DNA of 20,000 nucleotides from positions 481,870-501,869 of the forward strand of contig RSEE01000052.1 of NCBI GenBank assembly GCA_003971905.1, given 5' to 3'. Below the pieces are notes generated by a model that made no database searches, was not told the DNA's origin, and saw only the letters and a list, made by a program, of their open reading frames with translations. The stretch is from Moniliella sp. 'wahieum'. Lineage: Eukaryota. Below, one piece after another: positions 9,765-19,921 of this stretch; position 1 is the stretch's first letter; each line of letters begins with the position of its first letter. The translations under genes and the position numbers were made by a program.

Positions 9765-12700
9765 ATGCCACTCCACCCGCTGCCCCCCCCCGCCGCCCCC
9801 GCCCAGGGCATGCTCTCCATCCGCCCCGGCCCCAGCAAGCCCCCGCCCCGCAAGCGCAACCGCCTCGCCCTCAGCTGCACCCACTGCCGGTACGTCTCCC
9901 TCCCGCTCCGCTCCGCCCGCCTTGCTCACCCCCCCCCCCCCCACAGCGACCGCAAGATCCGCTGCAGCCGCGAGATCCCCTGCGAGCAGTGCATCAAGCG
10001 CGGCGACGAGCAGTCGTGCCACGTCGAGTACTTTAAGCACCGCGCCGCCCAAGAGCGCGCCGAGCGCGAACACGACGAGACTGTCGCTGCCGTGGAGCCC
10101 AAACCGAACACCATCTCCTCGCGCTGCAAGATCGGATCGACCAGCTGGAGAACCAGCGCCGCCAGGACCGTATCCATACCGAACGCCTCCAGGCCGCCCT
10201 CGACCAGGCCCGCCGTGCCCCCGTCCTGCTGCCGACCCCATCCCAACCGGCCGACATGGCCCAGGAGTATGCCCATCTCAAGGCGCGCATGCACCAGCTC
10301 CAAGCCCAGCTGGCCCAACGATCTCGCACCACCGCCGATGATCCCGACCGAGCCTTGCCCCCCTCGGTCCGCAAGTACACGGCCGCCGAGGAGGAGCCTT
10401 CGCCGCGACCCGAACCCGCCACCGACGCGGAAAATGCAGTGGCCATGCTGGAGACGTTGGTCAACCAGCCCCCCGTGCCACCGCCGGCGCCCAAGGGCCA
10501 GAGCCGCATGGCCGACCGCATGGCCGTCTCGCGCCTAGTGCATGCCCACAACTCGGATCGCAAGGTGGCCTCCCACCGGCCCAGCCCGGCTGCCCGCCCT
10601 ATCAAGCTGGATCCCTTGGTGCCCTTACCGCAAGAGGGCATGGAGCGGCCCTACCCTCCGCTGTCCAACCCTGCCTTGGCCCAGGCCGACATGGCGTCCG
10701 GACCTTCCTTTTCCGCGCGCGAGATGCGGGACGATGCGTCATCGTCGGCGCATTCGGAAATGCGCTCGACCCAATCCGTTCGCTCCACGCGCTCCAGCGC
10801 CGGCACGCCACCCACCGAGGTGGAGGAAGAGTGGGATGGCGAGGCGGACTTGACGGCCCACCTGGGTGCCAAGCACAAGGGTCTCCTCAAGGTCTACAAT
10901 GGCTCCGAGACCAAGCTTGGTTTGGGGTGGGCTGGACGTTTGCCGCGGCGGCCGAGAAGGGCGAGTTTGAACAAATCCGCCAAAGGTACCTTGATGCCGG
11001 AGAAGGCTTGGGCGACGGACAAGCGGAACGCGAAGCCATCTTGCGCACCATCTTGCGCACCTTGCCCACGCGCGAGGTGATGTACGACTTGTTTGATTCG
11101 TACGAGCAACGCGCCAACTTTATCCACACGCGCGCCGTGCACGTTTGGCCAGGTCAAGCGCGAATTGGACACGCTGTTGGCATGTCCGGACGAGGCGTCG
11201 CGCGCCCACGTACTCAACGTGCTCGATACCGGATGGCTGGCCTTGCTCCTCATGCTGCTCGTGCTCGGCCTCAAATTTTACCCTTGCCCCGACGCGGAGA
11301 AGAACAATGAACGGTTGTCCCTTGGTTTGCTCAATGCGTCGTGCACCATGAACTGCTGGTACTCATCAGCCAAGACGATTGTTGCCATGCTCAATTACGG
11401 TGTGACCAACCCGACCCTGTCGCTGATCCAGGCCATGCTGTGCATTGACCTCCACGGCGCGGAAGATGAGTCGACCATGCAGTGGCTCCAAAAGGCCGCC
11501 CAGCATGCCGCCCGCGTTTTGGGCATTGACCGTCTCGGACGTCCGACCGTGGCGAGCGGCGCTGAGGGCGCCGAGGGCGAGTCGGAACAAGAGTTGATGA
11601 TGCGGTACGAGATGGGCAAACGAGTTTTGGTCCCTCGTCTCGCGCGACTGGTACGCGTCCCAAATCGCCGGCTTGCTCTACAATATCATCATCCCCGACC
11701 AATTCTCCACCCCCAAGCCGGGCAACTACAATGATGCCGACTTGGAACAGATGGTCGTGCCTGCGCCCCGGCCCGAGGCGAATACACCGATGCGTCCTAT
11801 GCCCTGGCCCGGGCCGCGCTGGGCAACACGATCCGCAAACACACGGATCTCATCAACCGTCGTGCAGCCGAGATGGGGATCAATGCGTTCCTCGTCCGTT
11901 TGCACCCGGACGATGTGGCGCTGCTCGACGCTTCGTACCGTTCGTTGTTGGAGGTGGAGTTTCCCTTGTTTTACCGCATGAAGAACCCCACCACGCCCCC
12001 GACCCAGTGTGGCCATGGAACGCGCCCTGTTGCACAACATTATCTTTTCCCAGTTGTTGCGCCTCCACCGTTTTTCCCTCTCGTCGCGCGACGAAGGCCT
12101 GGACGGCGTGCAGGCCCGGGTGGGCGGACGGGATACGTGTGTGCTGTTGGCGCGCAGCATGTTGAATGCGCTCGGGACGCTGCAACAAGGCATCACGGCA
12201 ATTGGTCGACTGTGGTGCTTGCGTGGCCACCTGTTCCAGGCGGCGGCGGTGTTGGTGCTGGACCTGGCCCTGAGGCCGCAACTGCGCACCAACCGTGCCC
12301 AAGTCCGCAAACAAGTCATGACGGCCGTCATGGCGTTGCGCTTTGTGCTGCACTACAACCCGCCGTCAAACGGTCGTTGCGCATCTTGCTCGGCCTGCTG
12401 GCGGAAGAAGATGGGCAGTGGAAACAACGCGTGCAGGCTGTCGGCCCGCACGTGGAACCTGTCCCACCTCTACCCGGTACACGCACCATGCTCGCCCTCG
12501 CCTTGCGCATCCGCGCCGTCATTTCCCAGCAACACAACGCCGACTTGTCCCCGAGCGAAAGCACCCAGATGGAACAGGCCGTGGCCTACGTCACCTCCAC
12601 CGCGCTGGGCCGACTTGGCCAACCCCACCTTGTCCCCACCCGACGTGGCCGTCGACGGCTCCAGCCCAGGCACCAGAACCGGCACAGACGCCCCCGCCGG

Positions 12701-13501
12701 ATCCTGGTTCACCTTGCCTTCCAACTTTGGCACCCAAGTCGCCGCGCTCGGCGGCGGCGGCAGCTCCCAAATGCCCGTCGCTTTCTTACCGGCGGAATGA
12801 GTTCTATGGGCTGCTTGCGTCCGTCCAGTACTCTCTTGCCCCCCTTGTCCGCCCAGATACTTTCTCCCAAACCGCCTTTGACTTCCACTTCGAATTCGCC
12901 TTTGGCGTTGCGCTCTTCGGCTTCGACTTCTGCTCCGACTTCTGCTCCGACTTCTGCTTCGGCTTCGGCTTCTGCTTCTGCTTCTGCTTCTGCTTCTGCT
13001 TCTTCTGCTTCTGCTTCTGCTTCTGCTTCTGCTTCAACGATGGCTTCAACAATGACGTTAGGTTCCAGCTCGGGATCCCCACCGGGCTCCTCCCCGCCCT
13101 ACGTTTCCTCTACCCACACGCTCTTCCGTCCCGGCCTGACCCAGCCACCGTTAAGTGGCTACGCCAGCATCCTCCCTGACCCGGCCTTGGTCGCGCCCGG
13201 CGATGACTTTAGCCTGTCGGCCTTTTTGTCCCAACACGCTGCCCTCTCACCACCAACGATCCCAGTCACCGTCCCCTCGGGCCCGTGCCCGTGCCCGCTC
13301 CCACCCACCCACGACCACGACGTTGCGTCCCCCGACTACGACCCCAGGGACACGGCGTGCCACGCCCGCGACGGCACTCTGCCCGGTGGCTTGGGCGGAC
13401 TGCCGCCCTCGGCCCCCGCGCCCCACGGTACGAATACCAGTGTCGATGCTTTCTTCCGCTGGGTGCTGGACCAGGGCGGGTCGTACCCCCCCGTGGAGTA
13501 G
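9765..13501 (+). CDS. Zn(II)2Cys6 (GAL4-like) fungal transcription factor with middle homology (Fungal_trans) region; intron at 9890-9946; multiple apparent frameshifts
   Basis: After splicing: RKRNRLALS-CTHC-RDRKIR-C-SREIP-CEQC-IKRGDEQS-C, i.e. C-x2-C-x6-C-x5-C-x2-C-x8-C. Downstream middle-homology-type blocks in shifting frames: LPTREVMYDLFDSY, DTGWLALLLMLLVLG, PTLSLIQAMLCI, AARVLGIDRLG, EMGKRV, IIPDQFSTPKPGNYNDADL, GHLFQAAAVLVLDL. The S/P-rich C-terminus ends VDAFFRWVLDQGGSYPPVE with TAG at 13499-13501. ATG at 9765 is inferred. Confidence 0.9.
9890..9946 (+). other. Spliceosomal intron inside the zinc-cluster coding sequence (57 nt as assembled)
   Basis: CG|GTACGT donor at 9890, GCTCAC branch-like site 9924-9929, poly-C tract, ACAG acceptor ending 9946. 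Removal restores the canonical 6-residue Cys2-Cys3 spacing. Confidence 0.9.
12914..13036 (+). repeat. Coding (GCTTCT)n-type hexamer repeat encoding a Ser-Ala tract
   Basis: Translates as SSASTSAPTSAPTSASASASASASASASASSASASASASAS in the 11873..13501 frame. Confidence 0.85.
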
Positions 13502-13516
13502 GAGCGCGTACGCTAA

Positions 13517-13708
13517 GGTGACGGTGACGGTGACGGTGGGCGGGGCAGAACGGGAGAGCAGGGCACTGCCCGATCGGGTCGGGTTGTATTTTTATCTCGG
13601 TATGAACGTGCGGGTGTTGGTATTGGTATTGGTACAGGTATGCATGCATTGTGCGATTGGACTCGGGGATAGGGAGGGACTAGGGACTAGGGATTAGGGA
13701 TTAGGGAT
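13517..13708. repeat. Cluster of short G-rich tandem repeats downstream of the transcription factor: (GGTGAC)3+, (GTATTG)-like and (GGGAYTA)4
   Basis: GGTGAC x3 at 13517-13534; ggtgttggtattggtattggta around 13614-13635; GGGACTA x2 plus GGGATTA x2 at 13676-13703. Confidence 0.75.
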
Positions 13709-14729
13709 GGGACTGGTGATTACTTGGTGCTGGTCGTAGCGGATGGGCTTCCGTGGAGCTTGGCAAGGCAGGCTCCAAGGGTCTCGTGCGTGGCTGAGGG
13801 GCGGGAAGAACGAGAACGAGTAGGATAAGTAGGCTACAGGAGGATGGCGACTTGTGTTCTATCTGTTCTTACGCGGATCGAAGAAGGGATGTGCGGTGTG
13901 CGTGTACTTAGTTGGCTTATAATAGGTTGACTGATCTCGCTCCGTCCCCCATTTCTCCATACTCCTTCGTCCCGAACCTCTCGCTCTTTCCCCATTCTTC
14001 CGCTTCGCACCAGGCCTCTGCTCTTGCGTCTTCCCCACTGCACGAACGAGTGCTACGTTCCTTGACCTACACTCTCGACGTCGCTCTCGCCTTGGCATCG
14101 ACCGTGGCAGTACCGGATGTGTGGTTTGGCATGGCCGAGACCAAAGGGCGGCGCGGGCTTCCCATTGCAGCTCTGCCCCGGGGCTCAGCGCCCAGGCACC
14201 GTAGGTAGCGTGAGACGCACGCGGCTGGATGTGGCACGGTCAAAGTGCCGCGTCGGCCAAGTGGACTCCGTATCTACGCGTTCACGCGCGTTCACTGGGC
14301 GACAGGCACTGTCACATATATACAGTCAGTTGACTGATACCCGCGTTGTCACCGACACGGCCCATGGCAGGTGGCTCCGTCCGCTTCCTTCCCCTCCTGA
14401 CGGTGTCGAGTATTCCGTTGCCTCTTCCTAGGCAGGCTATGGGGGCATGGTTCTGTTACTGCCACGTGGTTAGCAGTAGGTCTGACTCGTTTTCTTTCAG
14501 TTAATTCATAGCTTTGGTAGTACTACCTACTAATTAATACTCAGAAGGGTTTCTTTTCTTTTGTAGCAATGCCTGTATTTGGCCTCCCACCACCTGTATC
14601 CCGCTCCCGCTTGTACTCGATACTCCTCCTCTCTCTCCGCTGTATCCGCTCTGTGCAGCGTAGCGACTCCGGGGTCCCGATTGCGTTCTGGCATACTTGT
14701 GTCGCGGAGTTCCGTAGAGACAAGAGAAG

Positions 14730-14737
14730 AAAAAAAA
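14730..14737 (-). terminator. RNA polymerase III terminator (T8) of the tRNA gene
   Basis: A8 on plus (T8 on minus), 5 nt after the tRNA discriminator base. Confidence 0.8.
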
Positions 14738-14742
14738 TATCA

Positions 14743-14833
14743 CGCCTCACGCGGGACTCGAACCCGCAGCCGTGGGATGGCCGTTTAAGCACTGCTTAAA
14801 AGTCCCAAATTCTACCGATTGAAATAGCGAGGC
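14743..14833 (-). tRNA. tRNA-Lys (anticodon UUU) with an 18-nt intron at 14779-14796
   Basis: Minus strand reads GCCTCGC TA TTTC AATCGGTA GAAT T TGGGA CT TTT A [AGCAGTGCTTAAACGGCC] A TCCCA CGGCT GCGGG TTCGAGT CCCGC GTGAGGC G: 7-bp acceptor stem, 5-bp anticodon stem, T-arm with GGTTCGAGTCC B-box, intron at the canonical 37/38 position, 73-nt mature length, followed by a T-run. Confidence 0.95.
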
Positions 14834-14881
14834 CGAGTTGTTCGCCGGGGGGGCGTGGGCCACTCGTACGTAACCCTCCAG

Positions 14882-14917
14882 CTCCATCTCCATCTCCATC
14901 TCCATCTCCATCTCCAT
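14882..14917. repeat. (CTCCAT)6 microsatellite upstream of the tRNA
   Basis: Six exact copies read directly. Confidence 0.9.
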
Positions 14918-15567
14918 ATTGTCTGGTCCACACCAGGTTGTTATGCGTTGTGTGGCGACCCCGTCGATCGACTGGAACGACAGAAGGTGGGATGGTGTAT
15001 TGCCTGCCTTTTCCCCAACTTACCATATCAACGCGTACTTATAGTACTTGTATCCCCGCAGGGTGGCGCACAGCTGGTAAGGTACAGCCATTCTCTTGTC
15101 AGCCTGCAAGAGCTGAGCTTGCGCCGGCGGGGGTCCAACCTCTCCTGCGTCTCCGCCGCGATAGGGTTCCGCTCTGGACTCGATTCCTCATCTCTTGGTG
15201 ATACCTGGCGGAGTGTTGATGGTCCTCGAGGGCGCAACATATCTCTTTTCCACTACTGTTGGACCAAGAACCAGTGTAGGCATATTACAAACAAGGGAAG
15301 TACAGACATAGTTGAAGTCCGCATTGTTGGCATATAGTCCAGTCTGGGTCGTCTTCGGTGGGCATGGCGAGCATGGCCATCAAATGGCGAAGAGCAGAGT
15401 TAAGTCAGCGCTAAGCAGTCCTAGTACTTTATCTGGACGAGATCACTTCCCCCCCGCCCTCTCCCGATGCTCAGGTACACGGTACCCACATCCTCGTCAC
15501 ACGCCTCAGGGGCGAGGCCTACATGTCCGGCTTCAGAAGCGGTAGGCCATTTCAATACGATGCAATC

Positions 15568-16473
15568 CTAGCCCAGAACGGCATTCTTCTTTTTCTTCTT
15601 CTTTACCCCCTCCTCCCTTGACAAACGTTCTCCACCCATCCACTCGTTCGTCCCGCGTCTCCTCCCACTGCTTGGCATCTTCCGCTCTTCTCTTGCGCTC
15701 GCGGATCGTATCCTCCCGCTTCTTCGACTCGGCTCCTTCAGCAGCGTGCTGCAGTCGTACCGCCCGACGCCGACGAAGCTCGTCGTCCACCATGATTTCC
15801 TGCGTGTGGGTCCTCAGTTTCTCCTCAAACGATTTGCCCATCGCTTGGATCCGTGGATGGTCCGAGGGCGTATCCGGTGGCAAGTCAAGTTCGCGCAACA
15901 AGGTCAGTCGTGCTTCCATCACCACCTCGTCCAATTTCTTCCGCGCCGTCTCATCCAGGAGCTGGCTCGACGCTTTCTTCTAACAGATCAAACGCTTCCA
16001 CCGCTCGTGCTGGGATAAGTCAGTCTTCTCTTCTTCCCATGGCACACCCCACGTGGGAGCAAAAGGTGCCAAAGAACAACAGGGAAGGAAATCGATACGA
16101 GCCACACATACGGTGCTGCACCTTGTCGGGGTGGATCAACAGGCTCTTGCGCCGATAAATTTTCTGGATTTCCTTGGCTTCCGCCTCCAGCGGAACCTCC
16201 ATCACGTCGTACGGGTTGAGCTTGAACGCACTCAGAATCCGTTCAATCTCAATCTCTTGCCAAAACGTCGCCTGTTCCTTGCGCAGCGTCTTGGCCAGCT
16301 CGGCAGGATCGGGTTGCGCCGGTTCCGGCGACTGCGTTGGACGGGGGGTCCGAGGGGGCGCTTGCGGGGGCGCTTGCGGGGTCCCTTGAGGGGGCGGGCG
16401 AGGGGGCGGACCGGGGGTGGCCCCGGCGGTGGGCCGGGGGCGGGGCGGACGCACGCGGGCGGGGCGCAGCCAT
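15568..16473 (-). CDS. spf31: J-domain (DnaJ) co-chaperone of the DNAJC8/Spf31 family; intron at 16010-16111; apparent frameshifts near 15981, near 15603 and in the Pro-rich N-terminus
   Basis: EIEIERILSAFKLNPYDVMEV...IQKIYRRKSLLIHPDKVQH|PRAVEAFDLL-KKASSQLLDE...EIMVDDELRRRR...KQWEETRDERVDGWRTF...KKKKKKNAVLG* (TAG at 15568-15570). HPD motif plus the EI.RIL.AFKLN.Y and WEE.RD.RV..WR.F blocks typical of DNAJC8/Spf31. ATG at 16473 is inferred. Confidence 0.9.
16010..16111 (-). other. Spliceosomal intron in the J-domain gene (102 nt)
   Basis: GTATGT donor at 16111, CTGAC branch site around 16019-16023, CCCAG acceptor ending 16010. Contains an in-frame TGA. Confidence 0.88.
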
Positions 16474-19400
16474 GGGGGGGGCAGGCGAGCGCGGCGGGGT
16501 GGCGAGCAGCTGCCTGGTTGGCGGCGCTCACCAGCAGGGCGCCGCTTACAGTCACGCGGGTGGAGATTGAGAATTGAGACTGGCGAGTTGACACGACGTG
16601 ACGAAGGGCGCGTACGTAAGCGTCTTTGGTATCTCCTATCTATTTCTCCCTCGTCTCTCTTCTGGCTGCCCATCCCAGGCGCGCTCCACCACACCGGGCC
16701 GACTGGCGAGGAGGGGGACGGGGCGAGGCGAGGCGTACGGACTACCGGGTGATCCCACCTGCACGTTCGGAGGATCACGAGTGGAGGCGGACCACACGTG
16801 GCGGGACTCGGGCGCAAAGGATGCGATGGTTGCGTTCCGGAAGGTGGTTGCACGAGGGAACTGGCGCAATGCCTTCCGAACGCCGGGAGGAGTTGCTTCG
16901 ACTGTTGGAATAAAAGCAATGCGGCAAGAACGCCATGTACCCCTTTCTTCGCTTGGTCATGACGCCAGGAAACTAACAAGACGTTTGGGCGCTGGGAAGA
17001 ATTAGTTGACGATTAATCGTGAACTTCCGGCTCACATGTCTACCAGCGTCATTCGTATGCACGCGCGCTACATCTGGATTGGAAGCGAATGACGAGCGTC
17101 CGAGGGACCTGGCCTGTTGGCAACTCCTAATTGGTTTGTCATGAACAAGCAGCACACGTCGGACGAGCGAGCAAGCTAGGCGCACCGCCCTAAGCACCGT
17201 AAACGATATGAATGCAATGCATGCATTGCCGCCATCTGGTTTGCAAAAGGTATGGCTCACGCCCCCTATCTCTGCTTCTGCCGCCCCTTGGCTCAAGGAG
17301 GCAGTCCAATCAGCAAGTTTCCTTGACCGCTGATGAGAATACTTGCATTCGCAGCACCGCCAGCAGCAAAGGCCTGTGCCGGCCGCATGCCCATTCGAGA
17401 ACGGACTGAACTAAGGCGCCACCCTTCGACGCTGCTGAACGCATTCGTGTAGTGGAGCAAAATGGTGATGCCGCGTAGCAGCCGTATAATCTGTCTCCCC
17501 CTCCCCCAGGCTTCATTCCCACCTGGGAGAAGAGGCGGACGGGAGCATTGGAGCTTGATGCGCAACAGAAGGAACCCAAACGAGGTCCCCGGGATAAGGC
17601 GTCTTCGATGGAAACGCAAAGCACGAGCAAGCACGAGCAAGACAAGTATAGATCCACCAGGGTCGAAAATGGCAACATGGCTAGTAAGCCAGACCAGACT
17701 GGGCGCGAACCGCAAAATGAACAACCAGTGGGGCAACGGGAGGGATTTCAGGCAGAGGTGGCGAGCGGTTTGATCCACATTCTTGACTCGCAAGAGCATC
17801 AAGTCAGGTGATACTATCCCCAATGCAGAAGCCCACGATCTGGGCGCGTTGCGCTTGCACACCTTGCACGCTTGTTTTGAAGTCGAGCCACGCTATACAT
17901 TGGAACCTTTTCTTGTTCACTCGGGCCCTTCGCCTCGATCGCCTTCTGTAACGAAATGTCCAGCCCATGCGCAATTTGCCCCAGTCTCCCTTGGACTTGG
18001 TTCCCATCAGGGAGAAGAGGGGGAGGGTACTCTGATATGCAGTAGTATAGGATATTGGCTCCAAGACGAGACGGCTTGGAAGCATATAACTGCGTAGCTT
18101 CCACAGCGTCATCATGTTGAGGGAAGACCAAGTGTAAAGCGATGTCAACCACTACTAACATTTCCGACGTAAATGAAAAACGGGGACTGCTTTGATCAAT
18201 GCCCTTTCCCTAGTGCTGGGACACTCTTGATTATCCATCTCCGTCTGCATACCCGTGCCTGTACGTCCCGCCTGCACAAGCACGTTGGTCAGTACATCAT
18301 ACGATAGGAAACGTGAGTGGGGGTCGTCGTCGTACATGTAAAACAGTAGAGGGAATCATGGCCCCGGTATTCAGTAGGGCCGGGTGGATGCTCGTTTTGG
18401 TCTTCAGTGTGAAACGCACTGACGGTCGGCGGCAACAAGCTTGAGGTGAGGAATGCGTTTGCCGTGTGGAAGGGATTGCGTACCGTGAAGGCTGGCCCAG
18501 TCTCCGCTGGGAGTGCAACTGAGAAGAGCTTGTGTCACGGGGCGATGCGCAGCTCAGCCACCGGAAATATTTCCGTTGGCGCCGCCGCTGCTTATCGTAC
18601 GCTCTTGGCTTCTAATCAGTTCGATCGCCGATGTTCCGCGCGTGCGGATCGGCGGGAGCTATCAGCCGCGTGGTCTCCAACAGACCACAGTTAGGCCGCT
18701 TGGCTATTGTACGACTTGCGGGCCTTTGCCTGCCTATATAAGACCCGCTTTGTACTAAGAATGCATGGAGGCAAGCGACCAATCGTCTTGTCCTACGTCC
18801 ACCCTCAGCGCCGCCTTCTCCAGGACTCAGCTTAGGAACGCTATCGCTAGGAAGGCAGTAGGGAGGACGTCTCTCTGGTGCGAAGCTCGCGCGCTTCGGG
18901 CCTACGACTGGTCCCCTTGCCTGACGAGCCAGAGGGCTGGCTCCCCTTTGTGCCCCCCCGTCGGGCGAGGTTGTCATCGCCCGGGAGGCCACACCGTTAC
19001 AGCTTGGGCCTGCTGCTGGAACCAGGCCGGGTGTTTGACCCCTGCGATAAGTCTTGGGTTACGCGGTTTCCATGTTGTGGAACACCCAGCCACTCTGGGA
19101 GAAGAGGAGCTGGCCGGTCTGTGTGGGACAGCGGAGGCGTGGGGCCGAAGTGGGGAAGGGAGAACAAAGGGGGGCGCAATGGGGCCACAACACTGCTGCG
19201 AGTGGCGAGCAAAAGGGGCGAGGTGGAGCATTCACTTTGGCACAGCTCGGGTTCGGTGGGCGAGGCAGTTACTTCAATGGTCCGTATCCAATCGAGATTG
19301 AGGCTCATCAACCCCATCTCCATCCTCTTCAGAGGGATACAACGAGGGGATGAGACCGCGTACAAGCATCGACATCCACGCGAACAAAGTTGGCGCGCTC

Positions 19401-19501
19401 GGTCCATTCTGGATTGAGGCAATCCTCGGTTGGTGTGAGCGCCGCGCGGACCAAACACATCATGAGGGGCGATCAGTAACAGCACTTCTTTTCCTCCCGA
19501 T

Positions 19502-19565
19502 GGTGAGGGGGGTGAGGGTTAGGGTGGGGTGGGTGAGGGGGGTGAGGGTTAGGGTGGGGTGGGTG
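19502..19565 (+). repeat. Internal degenerate telomere-like tract (30-bp unit x2, containing GGGTTAGGG)
   Basis: GGTGAGGGGGGTGAGGGTTAGGGTGGGGTG at 19502-19531 and 19532-19561, then GGTG. Confidence 0.75.
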
Positions 19566-19628
19566 TAACTTTTGAACGGGCGTCGGATGGGAAACGGAGG
19601 GCATATGCTGCATAGAGCGGACGATTTC

Positions 19629-19921
19629 GTAGCTCGCTATCGCCTCGGCATAACTCTCTCCCCTTCGGGTAGCTCGCTATCGCCTCGGCATAACTCTCTC
19701 CCCTTCGGGTAGCTCGCTATCGCCTCGGCATAACTCTCTCCCCTTCGGGTAGCGAGCTATCGCCTCGGCATAACTCTCTCCCCTTCGGGTAGCGAGCTAT
19801 CGCCTCGGCATAACTCTCTCCCCTTCGGGTAGCGAGCTATCGCCTCGGCATAACTCTCTCCCCTTCGGGTAGCGAGCTATCGCCTCGGCATAACTCTCTC
19901 CCCTTCGGGTAGCGAGCTATC
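19629..19921. repeat. Subtelomeric 40-bp tandem array: 7 full copies plus a partial eighth, in two sequence variants
   Basis: Unit AGC(TC/GA)GCTATCGCCTCGGCATAACTCTCTCCCCTTCGGGT starting at 19631, 19671, 19711 (TC) and 19751, 19791, 19831, 19871, partial 19911 (GA). Confidence 0.97.

Noticed and set aside
12804..13082. KQKQKQ-repeat ORF (minus) and FCFCFC-repeat ORF (12343..13179 plus)
   Set aside because: These are alternative-frame readings of the (GCTTCT)n Ser-Ala repeat inside the transcription factor.
13676..13708. Interstitial telomere
   Set aside because: It contains TTAGGG twice, but the true period is 7 (GGGAYTA), so it is treated as a heptamer microsatellite.
1..16473. Programmed ribosomal frameshifting or RNA editing explaining the broken frames
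   Set aside because: The shifts are numerous, occur in both directions, lack a shared slippery motif and affect unrelated genes; sequencing error is far simpler.
16474..16979. N-terminal ~170 aa of the 319-aa ORF 16020..16979 as part of the J protein
   Set aside because: No family similarity, non-ATG start and promoter-like sequence. The apparent fusion probably results from a frameshift in the GC-rich 5' region.
17330..17354. Hammerhead ribozyme core (CTGATGA followed by a GAAT/ATTC stem), of interest because some telomeric Penelope-like elements carry them
   Set aside because: The stem is followed by GCAG rather than the required GAAA, and I could not build stems I and III.
17321..17416. 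Box C/D snoRNA (TGATGA at 17331, CTGA at 17406, CCTTG/TAAGG flanks)
   Set aside because: The C box lacks the leading purine, the terminal stem does not abut the boxes, and I recognise no rRNA complement of 10 nt or more.
19629..19921. CRISPR array
   Set aside because: Units are head-to-tail with no unique spacers, no cas genes are present, and the context is eukaryotic.
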